Source of the DNA: an uncultured Candidatus Rokubacteria bacterium
GTDB taxonomy: Bacteria > Methylomirabilota > Methylomirabilia > Rokubacteriales > CSP1-6
NCBI GenBank assembly: GCA_963762145.1
Contig: CAVXJS010000007.1
Span: 192,001-256,000 of the forward strand
Direction of reading: 5' to 3'
DNA length: 64,000 nt
Positions within the stretch are counted from its first letter, which is position 1; every line of letters begins with the position of its first letter. The position numbers were made by a program, and so were the translations under genes. Below, one piece after another: positions 1 through 10,237 of the stretch. Under the pieces are notes generated by a model. The model saw nothing but the letters and a program-made list of their open reading frames with translations, had not been told where the DNA came from and did no database searches.

Positions 1-1155
1 CGGTCGCCAGCTTCTCGAGCGGCGTGCCCCGGGTCGGTGATGGCGACGAACTGCATGACCCGGCCTCGGCGATGCCGCGGTCTCGACCTGGCCGCGGAAG
101 AACGAGTAGAGCGGCCAGCGTCTCCGTGGTGGTGCCGGACTTGCTCGAGACCACGAAGAGCGTCGCGGCTCAGGTTGAGGCGTCGAGGGTCTGCTTGACC
201 GCGCCGGGATCGGTGGAGTCCAGCACGAGCATGTCCGGGAAGCCCATCTTGGAGCCGAAGGTCTCGTTGAGCACCTCGCCGGCGAGGGACGAGCCGCCCA
301 TGCCGAGGAGGACCACCTGCGAGTACTGGAGCCGTCGGATCTCGTCGGCGAAGGTCCGGATGTCCTCGGCGTGGCTCGCGCATGATGGTGGGCGAGGTGA
401 GCCAGCCGAGCCGGTTTCGCACGGTGGCCGCGTCTCCCGTTCCACAGGGTCGCGTCCTTCACCCACAGGCGATCGAGGAACTCGTGCTGCTCGAGGAAGC
501 GCAGGGTCTCCTCCACCGCGGGCAGCTTGAGCGGGTCCGGCAGCACCAGCGCAGGCGTCGTGACCGCGGGGCGCGGCGGCGCGGGCGGAGGAGCGGGCGC
601 TTCCTTCGGCTCGCGGGCGGCCGCGGGCGCTTTCGCGGCCGGCTTGGCCGTGGAGGCCTTCGGAGCCCCCTTGTCCTCGGACGGCTTCAGCGGCGCCTTG
701 TCGGCTCCGAGAAGTCCGGCCTCGAGCTGGCCGATCTTGGCCACCTGCCGCGATTGCGGGTCGCCCGCCTCGAACTGGGCGCCGATGAAGGCCTGGGCGA
801 TCTCGATCGCGGTCTTGGGCTCGAGCCCGGCCGCCGTGAGGCAGAGCACGTTGGCGTCGACCTCTCCGCGGCTCCGACGGGCGGCGTCCGCGTCCGGACA
901 CATGGCCGCACGGATGCCCCGCATCTTGTTGGCCGCGATTGCCCCGCCGGTCCCGCTCGCGCAGAGGAGCAGGCTCGCGTCCACGAAGCCCCGGAGCACG
1001 GCCTGGCCGACGGCCCGGGCGTAGTCCGGGTAGTCCACGGGGTCGGTCGAGAAGGTGCCGAGGTCGAGGACGTCGTGCCCGTCGGCCTCGAGCGCCGCCA
1101 CGAGGGGCTCTTTGAGGGCCAAACCGGTGTCATCACAGCCAATGGCGATTCGCAT
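1..1155 (-). CDS. RpiB-like domain fused via a Pro/Ala/Lys linker to a glucose-6-phosphate isomerase (Tal-Pgi type) domain; frameshifted, runs off window start
   Basis: Manual translation from ATG 1155: MRIAIGCDDTG...DYPDYA...LLCASGTGGAIAANK (RpiB); after frame changes near 435 and 375: NRLGWL and VVLLGMGGSSLA...LDSTDP (PGI). Confidence 0.8.
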   Translation of the reverse strand, partial: MRIAIGCDDTGLALKEPLVAALEADGHDVLDLGTFSTDPVDYPDYARAVGQAVLRGFVDASLLLCASGTGGAIAANKMRGIRAAMCPDADAARRSRGEVDANVLCLTAAGLEPKTAIEIAQAFIGAQFEAGDPQSRQVAKIGQLEAGLLGADKAPLKPSEDKGAPKASTAKPAAKAPAAAREPKEAPAPPPAPPRPAVTTPALVLPDPLKLPAVEETLRFLEQHEFLDRLWVKDATLWNGRRGHRAKPARLAHLAHHHARATPRTSGPSPTRSDGSSTRRWSSSAWAARPSPARCSTRPSAPRWASRTCSCWTPPIPARSSRPSTPQPEPRRSSWSRASPAPPRRRWPLYSFFRGQVETAASPRPGHAVRRHHRPGARRSRSWRP

Positions 1156-1176
1156 GATCCCGCAGCGGCTATTCTC

Positions 1177-2646
1177 TCAGGACTGGTTAAAGCCGACAAT
1201 GTCCTCGTAGAGCAGGCGCTGCCGCTCCCTCGCCGCCCGGTACCGGGCGTGCCGATCGGGGGCGGGCTTCAGGACCCGGACGGGCTCCGAAGCCTCCGGA
1301 AGGGCCACCCCCAGGGCCTCGAGGGCCAGCAGGGCCGCGCCCCGGGCCGAGGCCTCGGGGTCGCCGCCCAGGGCGACCGGCACGCCGAGGGCGTCGGTGG
1401 CGATCTGGGCCCAGGTCGGCGAGTGCGCCATGGCTCCGCCGGAGCCCACCACGACGTGATCGGGGGCGGCCAGCGGGCGCAGCCGGTCGTACACCTCGGC
1501 CAGACGGAACGCGACACTCTCGAGCAGAGCGCGCGTGATCTCGATGGCGTCGGTGTCGAGAGAGATACCCGTGACCGCGGCCCGCGCCTCCGGGCGCCAC
1601 CCCGGGCTCCGCTCGCCGGCAAGGAAGGGCAGGGCCGTGAGCCCGTGCCCATCGGGCTCGACCGCCGCGAGCGCCGCCTCGAGGGCCGCGGGATCGTCGG
1701 GCAGGGCCAGGTGCCGCCGGCACCAGGCCAGCACGTTGCCGCCCTCCGAGGTCGCGCCGCCGACCAGCGCGCGCCGGGCGTCCACCCGGTAGCGCCAGAG
1801 CCCCCACGGCGTGGGCGCGTGCGGTCCCAGCGGCTCGGGCAGGATGACGCGCAGCGCGGCGGATGTTCCGACATTGAGCGCGACCCGGCGCGCGTCCCGG
1901 CAGTCCGAGCCCACGTTCGAGCACGCGCCGTCCCCGTACGCGGGATACCAGGGCACGCGCGCGAGGGCGGGCCAGCGCGCGGCGTGGGGCGCGATCAGGC
2001 CGGGCGCGGCGCGGTCGTCGATGGGCGGGAGCTGCGCGCCCGTGATCCCGGATGCGGCGAGCATGTCGGCGTCCCAGCCGCCCGCGATCTGATCGAGCAG
2101 GCCGGTGCCGGAGGCCATCGAGAGGCTCGCGGTCAGACGGCCCGTGAGCTGGGCCTGCAGGTACTCCCCCAAGCCGCACCAGACGGCGGCGCGCGCCCAG
2201 ACCTCGGGACGGCTCTCGCGCAGCCAGCGGAGCTTGGCGGGGAAGAACGTGGAGTGCAGCGGCGCACCGGTCCGCGCGTGGATGCCGCGCTCGTCGTGCG
2301 CGCCGCGGAGCGCGGCGGCCGCGGAGGCGCTGCGGGTGTCGGCCCAGGTGATGACCGGGGTGAGCGGCCGGCCCGCGGCATCGAGGGCCAGCAGGCTGTG
2401 CCAGAACACCGAGACGCCCACCGCCGCGATCTCGGACGCGCGCGCGCCGCAGCCCGCGAGGCCGGCGTCGACCACGCGCGTCACCGCGGCGAGAAGAGCG
2501 TCGGCGTCCAGCTCGACGCCGCCGTCGGGCGTGGTGCGGGGCTCGTAGGTGGCCTGGCCTCCCGCGCCTGGCTGCGCGCGGCCCGCCTCGTCGAAGACGC
2601 GGGCGCGGGCCGAGCTGGTGCCGACGTCCAGCGCCAGGATGAGCAT
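1177..2646 (-). CDS. gntK: FGGY-family carbohydrate kinase, probable gluconokinase
   Basis: MLILALDVGTSS, ITWADTRS, GDGACSNVG, LPFLAGERSPGW motifs; adjacent to pentose-phosphate gene. Confidence 0.8.
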   Translation of the reverse strand: MLILALDVGTSSARARVFDEAGRAQPGAGGQATYEPRTTPDGGVELDADALLAAVTRVVDAGLAGCGARASEIAAVGVSVFWHSLLALDAAGRPLTPVITWADTRSASAAAALRGAHDERGIHARTGAPLHSTFFPAKLRWLRESRPEVWARAAVWCGLGEYLQAQLTGRLTASLSMASGTGLLDQIAGGWDADMLAASGITGAQLPPIDDRAAPGLIAPHAARWPALARVPWYPAYGDGACSNVGSDCRDARRVALNVGTSAALRVILPEPLGPHAPTPWGLWRYRVDARRALVGGATSEGGNVLAWCRRHLALPDDPAALEAALAAVEPDGHGLTALPFLAGERSPGWRPEARAAVTGISLDTDAIEITRALLESVAFRLAEVYDRLRPLAAPDHVVVGSGGAMAHSPTWAQIATDALGVPVALGGDPEASARGAALLALEALGVALPEASEPVRVLKPAPDRHARYRAARERQRLLYEDIVGFNQS

Positions 2647-2724
2647 GTGCGGTACTATACGACGCAATGGATCTCGGGCACGGGCCCGGTCCACGCGGTT
2701 CACCCCGACAGGCAGGAGACCGAC

Positions 2725-4308
2725 ATGTCCCTCATCACGGTGCTGAGCCCGGTGGCCGAGCTGCGTACGGCGACCACGGCGATTCCGGCGCTGCCCACCG
2801 ATCTGCGCGGCCTCACGGTGGGCTTCCTCGACAACACGAAGCACAACTTCGACCGCCTGGTCACCGGCATCGGCGAGGCGCTCAAGGAGCGTCACGGCGT
2901 GAAGCGCGTGGTGATCCGGCGGAAGGCCAACGCGGCCACCGGCGCCGCCCACTCGATCATCGAGGAGATGGCGAAGGAGTGCGACCTCGTCTTCTCCGGA
3001 TCCGCCGACTGAGGCTCCTGCACGTCGTGGAGTCTCCACGACACGCTGGAGCTGGCGAAGGCGGGAACGCCCGCGGGACTGATCACCACCACCGTGTTCC
3101 AGCGCCTGGCCCTGGGCGAGATGACCGCGCTCGGCGCCAGCGGGTTGCCGTTGCTGGTGGTCCAGCATCCGCTGGGCGGTGAGGCGCCCGAGGGCGTGAG
3201 CCGCCGCATCGCCCAGGCGGTGGAGCAGATCGAAGCCATGCTCGGCGCGAGGCCCTCGGTGAGCCAGGTGGTCGAGACGACGCTGACCCTGCCGGAGGAA
3301 GACGTCTACGCGGAGTTCTGCAAGCGGGAGTGGTGCGACGGGCTCCCGTTCGTTCCTCCCACCGCGGAGCGCGTGCGCGCGATGCTGGCGGGGGCCCGCA
3401 CGAAGCCCGCCGAATCGCTCGGGGTGATGGCGCCGCTCTGGCGCGAGTGCACGGTCGAGAAGCTGGCGGTCAACGCGGTCATGGCGGGCTGCGAGCCCGC
3501 GTACTTCCCGGTGATCGTGGCCGCGGCGCAGGCCATGATCGATCCCTCCTTCAATCTCTTCGGGGTCCAGGCCACCACGCATCCGGTGGCGCCGCTGATC
3601 GTGGTGACCGGGCCCTACGCGCACGCGATCGGGCTGCATGCAGGCTCCGGCCTCTTCGGGCCCGGCTTCCGCGCGAACGCCACCATCGGGCGCGCGATCC
3701 GTCTGGTCCTGATGAATATCGGCGGGGGCTGGCCGGGCCGGGGCGACATGGCCACCCAGGGCAGCCCGGCCAAGTTCTCCTACGCGATCACCGAGCGCGA
3801 GGACTCCCCGTGGGAGCCGCTGCACGTCGCGCTCGGCTTCAAGGCGGACCAGAGCGTGGTCACCGTGTTCGGCGGCGAAGGCCCGCACAACGTCAACGAC
3901 CACGTGTCCACCACCGCGCCCGGCATCCTCAACAACGTGGCCGACGTGGCGACCTCGCTGGGCTCCAACGTGGGCTGGTATCTGTCGCAGAGCCAGATGC
4001 TGGTCGTGCTCGGGCCCGAGCACGCGGCGACCATCGCGGCCGACGGGTTCACCCGCACGGACGTGCAGCGCTTCGTCTTCGAGAACGCGCGCATTCCGCT
4101 CGGCCGCATGAAGCTCGGCGGCATGTGGGGCATGCACGACTGGCCCACGTGGATGGCCAAGGAGACCGACGACTCCGTGCGGCTGCCGCGCGTGCCCTCG
4201 GCCGACGACATCTACGTGATGGTGGGCGGCGGCTCCGGCAAGCACTCCTGCGTCGTCCCCAACTGCACCTTCAGCCGCGCAGTCAGCCGCGTCCTCGACC
4301 GCATCTGA
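2725..4308 (+). CDS. UGSC-family selenoprotein; TGA 3010-3012 read as Sec, fused to a downstream ~400 aa conserved domain
   Basis: AGGAG RBS before ATG 2725; SGSAD-TGA-GSCTSW continues in frame into ORF 3094..4308; hairpin directly 3' of the TGA. Confidence 0.85.
3013..3052 (+). promoter_or_regulatory. Putative bacterial SECIS element
   Basis: Stem GTCGTGGA (3024-3031)/TCCACGAC (3035-3042) plus outer GCTCC/GGAGC pairing, immediately after the in-frame TGA. Confidence 0.7.
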
Positions 4309-4310
4309 TC

Positions 4311-4394
4311 GGGGTCAGGTCTTGAAATACGACATTTTCACCGCGTCAGGTGAAGCGGCGCGCGCGGAAATGTCGTATTTCAAGACCTGACCCC
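4311..4394. repeat. 27-bp perfect inverted repeat (REP/REPIN- or MITE-like) between convergent genes
   Basis: GGGGTCAGGTCTTGAAATACGACATTT (4311-4337) and its exact reverse complement (4368-4394), 30-bp spacer. Confidence 0.85.
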
Positions 4395-5300
4395 AGAGCG
4401 CGCGAGGGTCAGGACGGCGAGAGCGGTCAGGAGCAGGGCCGCGCCCGCGATGCCGACCGGGCCCAGGCGCTCGCCGAAGACGAGCAGGCCGAGGGTGGTG
4501 GCGGTCAGCGGCTCGAGCAGCGACACGATGCCGGCCGCGGTCGCGGGCACGCGACCCAGCCCCGCGGTGAACATCACGTAGGCCACCGCGGTGGGCCCGA
4601 TCCCCAGATAGAGCAGCAGCGGCCATCCCGCGGCCAGCGCGCGCGCGGGCGCCGCCTCGCCGAGCAGCGCGGGCGCGAGGAACAGCGCGGCGAGCGCGAA
4701 CGTGATCGCCGAGACCGCGAGCGGCGTCACGCGCGCCAGAAGCCCCTTGGCGGCCACCGCGTAGGCGGCGTAAGATACCCCCGCGCCGAGCGCGAGAAGC
4801 GCCCCCACCCCGAAGTGGCCCGCGATCTCGCCGAACCCGCGCGGGCCGACCACGAGTAGCGCGGTTCCGGCGGTCGCCATCCCGAGCGAGAGCCGCACGA
4901 GCGGGGTCAGCCGCTCTCCGAGGAAGAGGGCGGCCAGCACCGCGATCAGGAGCGGGGCGGAGCAGATGGCGAGGAGCGCGGCGGGGGCCACGCCGACGAG
5001 GGTGACCGCGCGGAAGTAGCAAATCTGGTACGCGGCCATGGCCAGGCCGAGCGCGGCGCAGAGCGGCAGGTCGGCGAGCGACGGCCAGGGACGCCGCGAA
5101 GGATGACGCGCCCCGAAGCGGCCGACCCCGGCGGCGGCCAGCACGAGGAGGGGGGCGGCGATGGCGAGGCGACTCCACCCGACGAGAAGCGGCGACACGG
5201 AGGCCTCGCGCGAGAGTAGAGTCATGGTGGCGCCGGTCGTCCCCCACGACGCGGCGGCGACCGCGACGAGCGCCAGACCCAGCAGCATGTCCACGAGCAT
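4380..5300 (-). CDS. EamA/DMT family transporter
   Basis: About 10 hydrophobic segments, ASWGTTG, LFLGERLT and SLLEPLTATTLGLLVFGE motifs; start could also be 5288. Confidence 0.85.
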   Translation of the reverse strand: MLVDMLLGLALVAVAAASWGTTGATMTLLSREASVSPLLVGWSRLAIAAPLLVLAAAGVGRFGARHPSRRPWPSLADLPLCAALGLAMAAYQICYFRAVTLVGVAPAALLAICSAPLLIAVLAALFLGERLTPLVRLSLGMATAGTALLVVGPRGFGEIAGHFGVGALLALGAGVSYAAYAVAAKGLLARVTPLAVSAITFALAALFLAPALLGEAAPARALAAGWPLLLYLGIGPTAVAYVMFTAGLGRVPATAAGIVSLLEPLTATTLGLLVFGERLGPVGIAGAALLLTALAVLTLARSGVRS

Positions 5301-5321
5301 ACAGGAGGCACGACGGCAGGC

Positions 5322-6230
5322 ATGAGCGAGCGCATCGGGTTCATTGGCCTCGGAAACATGGGCGTGCCGATGGCGGGCCGCCTGCTGGACGGCGGGCATT
5401 CCTTGATCGTCAACGACATTCGCCAGGAGGCGGCGCGTCCGTTGCTGGCCCGCGGGGCCACGTGGGCGGCGTCGCCGGCCGAGGTGGCGGCCGCGGCCCA
5501 GACCGTCATCACGATCCTGCCGACCTCGCGCGAGGTGCGCGAGGTGCTGCTGGGCGCCAAGGGCCTGCTGGACGCGCTTCGCCCCGGCAGCCTCGTGCTC
5601 GAGATGACCTCGGCCGATCCGTCGGTCACGCGCGAGCTCGAGCGCGAGGTGGTCGCGCGCGGCTCCGCGCTCATCGACGCGCCGGTCTCGGGCGGGGTGC
5701 GCGGCGCGGTCGAGGGCACGCTGGCCATCATGGTCGGCGGGGATCCCGCGCTCCTGGAGCGCGCGCGCCCGGTGCTGGCCTGCATGGGCAAGAACATCTT
5801 CCACGCCGGTCCGGTCGGGGCCGGGCACGCGATCAAGCTGGTGAACAACATGTGCTCCGGGGGCATCCTCGCGCTGACCATCGAGGCGGTCGCGGTGGCG
5901 GCCCGCGCGGGAGTGGATCCGACGCGCGCGGTGGAGATCCTCCAGGCCTCGAGCGGGCGCTCCAACGCGAGCGACAACAAGTTCCCCCGCTTCATCCTCA
6001 ACGGTGCCTTCGACGCCGGCTTCGCGATCCGGCTCATGATGAAGGACCTCGACGGATATGGCCGTCTCGCCCAGGAGGCGGGCGTGCCCTCGCCGGTGGC
6101 GCGCGCCGCCGCCGAGGTCTACCGCGTCGCCATGGCGCGCGGCATGGCCGAGCAGGACCACACCGCGATCACCCGCATCATCGAGGAGTGGGCCGGCGTC
6201 TCGCTCCGATCCCAGGGAGGCAAGGCATGA
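5322..6230 (+). CDS. NAD(P)-dependent 3-hydroxyisobutyrate/beta-hydroxyacid dehydrogenase family
   Basis: IGFIGLGNMG, DAPVSGG, KLVNN, MMKDL. Confidence 0.9.
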   Translation: MSERIGFIGLGNMGVPMAGRLLDGGHSLIVNDIRQEAARPLLARGATWAASPAEVAAAAQTVITILPTSREVREVLLGAKGLLDALRPGSLVLEMTSADPSVTRELEREVVARGSALIDAPVSGGVRGAVEGTLAIMVGGDPALLERARPVLACMGKNIFHAGPVGAGHAIKLVNNMCSGGILALTIEAVAVAARAGVDPTRAVEILQASSGRSNASDNKFPRFILNGAFDAGFAIRLMMKDLDGYGRLAQEAGVPSPVARAAAEVYRVAMARGMAEQDHTAITRIIEEWAGVSLRSQGGKA

Positions 6231-7133
6231 CGCGGATCGGCTTCATCGGCGTGGGCACCATGGGGCTGCCCATGGCGAAGAACCTCGTCAAGAAGGGCTT
6301 CACGGTGACCGCGTTCGACAGCAATCCGGAGGCGGTGGAGGCCGCCGCCGCGGCGGGCATGACCGCGGCCGCGTCCGCGGCCGAGGCGGTGGCCACGCGC
6401 GGACCTCGTGGTCACCATGCTGCCCTCCTCGCCCCACGTGGAGTCGGTCTACACCGGCGACGGCGGCGTGCTGGCCGCCGCGCGCAAGGGCACGCTCTGC
6501 GTCGACATGTCCACCATCGACCCCGCGGTGTCGCGGCGGATGGCGGCGGCGGCGCAGCGAGCGGGGCGTGCGCTTCATCGACGCGCCGGTCTCGGGCGGC
6601 GTCCCGCGCGCCACCGACGGCACCCTCGCGATCATGGTGGGCGGAGCCGCCGCCGATTTCGCGGAGGCGATGCCCGCGCTCGACGCGATGGGCGCCAACG
6701 TCATCCACGTGGGCCCGGTGGGCAGCGGCGAGGTCGTCAAGCTCTGCAACAATCTGATCGCCGGGGTCTGCGGCGGTCGCGGTGAGCGAGGCGTTCCGCA
6801 TCGCGGAAGGCTTCGGCGTGGATCCCAAGGTGGTCACCGACGTCATCTCCAAGTCCTCCGGCAACACGTTCCTGATGGAGCTCATGCATCCCGTGCCCGG
6901 GCATGGTCCCGCGGCGGCCTCGAGCAACGGTACAAGCCGGGGTTCATGACCGATCTCATGTGCAAGGACCTCGGCCTGGCGGTGGACGCGGCGCGGGGGC
7001 TCCGCGTCCCGTGTTCGTGGCGCCCGCCGCCCAGCAGGTGTATCGCCTCGCCTCCTCCCACGGGCTCGGGCGGCGCGACTTCACGAGCGTCTACTCGTTC
7101 CTCAAGCCGTCCTCGGGGCAGGCTCCGGTCTAG
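6227..7133 (+). CDS. Second 3-hydroxyisobutyrate dehydrogenase family protein (several frameshifts)
   Basis: ATGA overlap; IGFIGVGTMG, DMSTID, DAPVSGG, KLCNN, YKPGFMTDLMCKDL spread over three frames. Confidence 0.8.
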
Positions 7134-7149
7134 GCGGCGAGGCCGCGCG

Positions 7150-10100
7150 ATGAGCCGCCGGCTGAAGACCTGGCTGATCGTCCTGGCGCTCGGGCTGGTG
7201 CTGGGCGTCGCCTTCGTCTGGACCCTGCCCGAGATCGTGAGGTGGCAGGCGCTCAAGCAGATCCCGGTGACCACGGGACGGACAGTCGCCATCGAGGATA
7301 TCGACATCAACCTGTTCACCGGTCGGGTGGCGATCAAGAAGTTTCGCCTCGCCGAGCCGGATCCCGCCCAGGCCTTCATCGAGTTCGACCGGCTGGACGT
7401 ACGGGTGATCCCGTGGTCGCCGATCTTCGGCCACATCCGCGTCGCGGAGGTGGTGCTCACCGCGCCCACCGTGAACCTGGTGCGCCTGAGCCCGACCGAG
7501 TTCAACTTCTCCGACATCCTGGCCCGGCTCGCCGCGTCTCCGGCCCCGGCGACGGCCCCGCCGGACGACGACCCGCAGCTCAAGTCACGCGGGACCTTCG
7601 GGCTCGATCGGTTCGCGCTGATCCGGGCGAACATCTCGGTGATCGATCGCGCGGTGAAGCCGGCCGGCGAGTGGAAGGTCCGGGATCTCTCGATCGAGGC
7701 CGGCAATCTCACCACGAAGCCCTCGGGACCGGTCGGGAACCTGGCGGTGCACGCCGCGCTCAACGACTCGCCGATCGAGCTCTCCGCCCAGGACATCGAC
7801 CTCACCCCCACCTCGTTCGGCGGGAAGTTCTCGATCCAGAACTTCAACCTGCTCCAGATCCGGCCCTATCTGCCGCCCACGCTGCCCGTCGCGCTCGAGT
7901 CGGGCATCGCGGGGGTGACCATGACCGTCAAGATCGAGCTGGGGAAGGGGCCGGGCGGCCTGGCGGTCGGCCTCGTCGCCGGCGACGTGACGCTGGCCAG
8001 CCTGGCGCTGGCGCAGCCGGGGAAGCCGACCCCGTTCCTCACGGTGCCCCGCATCGCGGTGGGCCTGAAGGAAGTGAACCTGGTCTCCCGCACGGTGACG
8101 GTGTCGGGTGTCGACATCGACGGCCTCGACCTCAAGGCGGTCCGCGACAAGCAGGAGAAGATCGATCTGCTCGCGCTGGCGGGCAAGCCGGAGGCCGGTG
8201 CCACCGGGACTGCTTCTTCAGCCCCTCTGCCCTCGCCGGCGCCGGCCAAGCCCGCGGCGGAGAAGGGCGAACCGGAGTACAAGATCACGGTCGAGAAGAT
8301 CGCCCTGAAGGGCGCCGCGACGTTCACCGACGAGTCGGTCTCCGCGCCGTCGACCCAGCTCAAGCTGAGTGCCCTCGCGGTGCAGGTGGACGACGTGACG
8401 TGGCCGGCCATCCGGCCCATCGGTTTCGCGCTGAACGCGGGCCTGCCGGGCGGAGGCAGTATCGGAGCGAAGGGGACGGTCCGGATCGAGCCTCTGGATC
8501 TGACCCTCACGCTCACCACCCGTGACGCGCCGATCGAGCCGTACCGCGCGTACTTCCCGTTCCCGGCGAGCTTCTCGGGGCGATTCAACGCGGACAGTCA
8601 GAATCGGGTCCGGATCGTCAACGGCAAGCTCACCGTGCTCTCCCGCGGCAACAGCTGGGCCACCAACCTGGCGGTGACGGGGCCGGATGACAAGGAGCCG
8701 CCGCTGCGCCTCGAGCGGATGGAGATCAACGGGATCGATTTCGGCTGGCCCACCCACGCGCGGGTCAACAAGGTGCTGCTGAGAAAGCCGATGAACGAGA
8801 TCGTGCGCGCGGCGGACGGAACGCTGAACGTCCAGAAGCTGTTCACGCCGACTCCCAAGCCGGGCGCACCCGCTCCGCCGGCGGACCCGAAGCCGCCGGT
8901 GAAGCCCACCCCCGCGGGTCGGCCGGAGGCCACGGCGCCCGACCCGCTCCAGACGATGGAGCTCTCCTTCAAGGAGATCGTGATCGAGGACGGCTACACC
9001 CGCTTCCTCGACCAGACCACCCAGCCGCCCTTCTCCAACGACATCTCGAAGCTCAGCGTGTCGGTGAAGGACCTCTCCAACAAGGCGAGCCAGCGGGCCA
9101 CCGTGCGGACGCAGGCGGTGATCGGCGGGGACGCCACGCTGGACGTCCGCGGCGAGATGGCGGCCATCGGGGCGCCGACCTACGTCAACATGGCGACCGA
9201 GCTCACCAAGCTCGCGCTGCCCAGCGCCAACCCGTACGTGGACGGCGCGATCGCCTGGATCATCCGGCGCGGGCAGCTGACCGCCAAGCTCGAGTCCAAG
9301 ATCGACAAGGACCAGCTCGACCTGAAGAACGACATCCTGATCAGTAATCTCCGGGTCGCGCCGTCCCGCCCCTCGGACGAGGTCAAGAAGCGCATCGGCC
9401 TGCCCCTGGGGCTGATCGTGGCCCTGATCAAGGACGGCGACGGCAACATCCACGTCAACGTGCCCATCAGCGGGACCCTCACCGACAAGCAGTTCGACTT
9501 CAGCGACGCGATATGGACCGCGGTGAAGAACGTCATCGTCAACGTCCTGAAGGCGCCGTTCCGCGCCATCGGGGGACTCTTCACCAGCGGCGACGACAAG
9601 ATCGAGGAGGTCAAGGTGGACCCGGTGGTCTTCGCGGCCGGCAGCGCGGTGCTGGGCCCGGAGCTGGAGCGCCAGACCGTCCGCGTCGGTGATTTCCTGC
9701 GACGCGCGCCCTACGTCGGCCTCACGTTGACCTCGGTGACCACGCCGGCCGACGTGGAGGTGCTCAAGGAGCGCGCGGTCGCGGCCCGCGTCGAGAAGTT
9801 CCGGCAGGAGCAGGGGATCGCCGAGCTGCCCGCCGCCCTCCGCCGCTACTACCAGGTGATCGTCAAGGACGCCCAGCTCCCCGTCTCGGTGGAGGCGCAG
9901 ATGTTGCTGCTGCGCAGGCGCGAGCCCGAGCCGGCCGGCCCGCTCGCCGAGCTTCGGCAGCGCCGCCTGGAGGTCACGCGCGAGCGGCTGGCGAAGGTGG
10001 AGGGTATCCCGGAGGCGCGGCTCCAGGTTTTGGCCGAGGGCGCGCCGGGCGCGGCGGCGTCCGCCCCGCCGCCCGCGGGTGCCGCGCCCGCGGCACCCGC

Positions 10101-10188
10101 GCCGTCGGGCGGCGCGCCGCCCGCTGCGCCCGAGTCGCCGTCGGCGGGCGGACGCGTGGAGTTCGGCATCACGGGAGAGAGCGACTGA
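7150..10188 (+). CDS. DUF748/AsmA-like membrane-anchored beta-rich protein
   Basis: N-terminal TM, repeated beta-rich segments, LPLGLIVALIKDGDGNIHVNVPISG and VFAAGS C-terminal region typical of DUF748. Confidence 0.8.
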   Translation: MSRRLKTWLIVLALGLVLGVAFVWTLPEIVRWQALKQIPVTTGRTVAIEDIDINLFTGRVAIKKFRLAEPDPAQAFIEFDRLDVRVIPWSPIFGHIRVAEVVLTAPTVNLVRLSPTEFNFSDILARLAASPAPATAPPDDDPQLKSRGTFGLDRFALIRANISVIDRAVKPAGEWKVRDLSIEAGNLTTKPSGPVGNLAVHAALNDSPIELSAQDIDLTPTSFGGKFSIQNFNLLQIRPYLPPTLPVALESGIAGVTMTVKIELGKGPGGLAVGLVAGDVTLASLALAQPGKPTPFLTVPRIAVGLKEVNLVSRTVTVSGVDIDGLDLKAVRDKQEKIDLLALAGKPEAGATGTASSAPLPSPAPAKPAAEKGEPEYKITVEKIALKGAATFTDESVSAPSTQLKLSALAVQVDDVTWPAIRPIGFALNAGLPGGGSIGAKGTVRIEPLDLTLTLTTRDAPIEPYRAYFPFPASFSGRFNADSQNRVRIVNGKLTVLSRGNSWATNLAVTGPDDKEPPLRLERMEINGIDFGWPTHARVNKVLLRKPMNEIVRAADGTLNVQKLFTPTPKPGAPAPPADPKPPVKPTPAGRPEATAPDPLQTMELSFKEIVIEDGYTRFLDQTTQPPFSNDISKLSVSVKDLSNKASQRATVRTQAVIGGDATLDVRGEMAAIGAPTYVNMATELTKLALPSANPYVDGAIAWIIRRGQLTAKLESKIDKDQLDLKNDILISNLRVAPSRPSDEVKKRIGLPLGLIVALIKDGDGNIHVNVPISGTLTDKQFDFSDAIWTAVKNVIVNVLKAPFRAIGGLFTSGDDKIEEVKVDPVVFAAGSAVLGPELERQTVRVGDFLRRAPYVGLTLTSVTTPADVEVLKERAVAARVEKFRQEQGIAELPAALRRYYQVIVKDAQLPVSVEAQMLLLRRREPEPAGPLAELRQRRLEVTRERLAKVEGIPEARLQVLAEGAPGAAASAPPPAGAAPAAPAPSGGAPPAAPESPSAGGRVEFGITGESD

Positions 10189-10237
10189 GCGCTTTGCTAT
10201 ACTACCGGGGTCGTTCGTCGCTCCGAGGAGGTGCGCG

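Noticed and set aside
6058-10188. 1376-aa ORF joining dehydrogenase fragments to DUF748
   Set aside because: Produced by indels in the upstream dehydrogenase. DUF748 has its own start and TM anchor at 7150.
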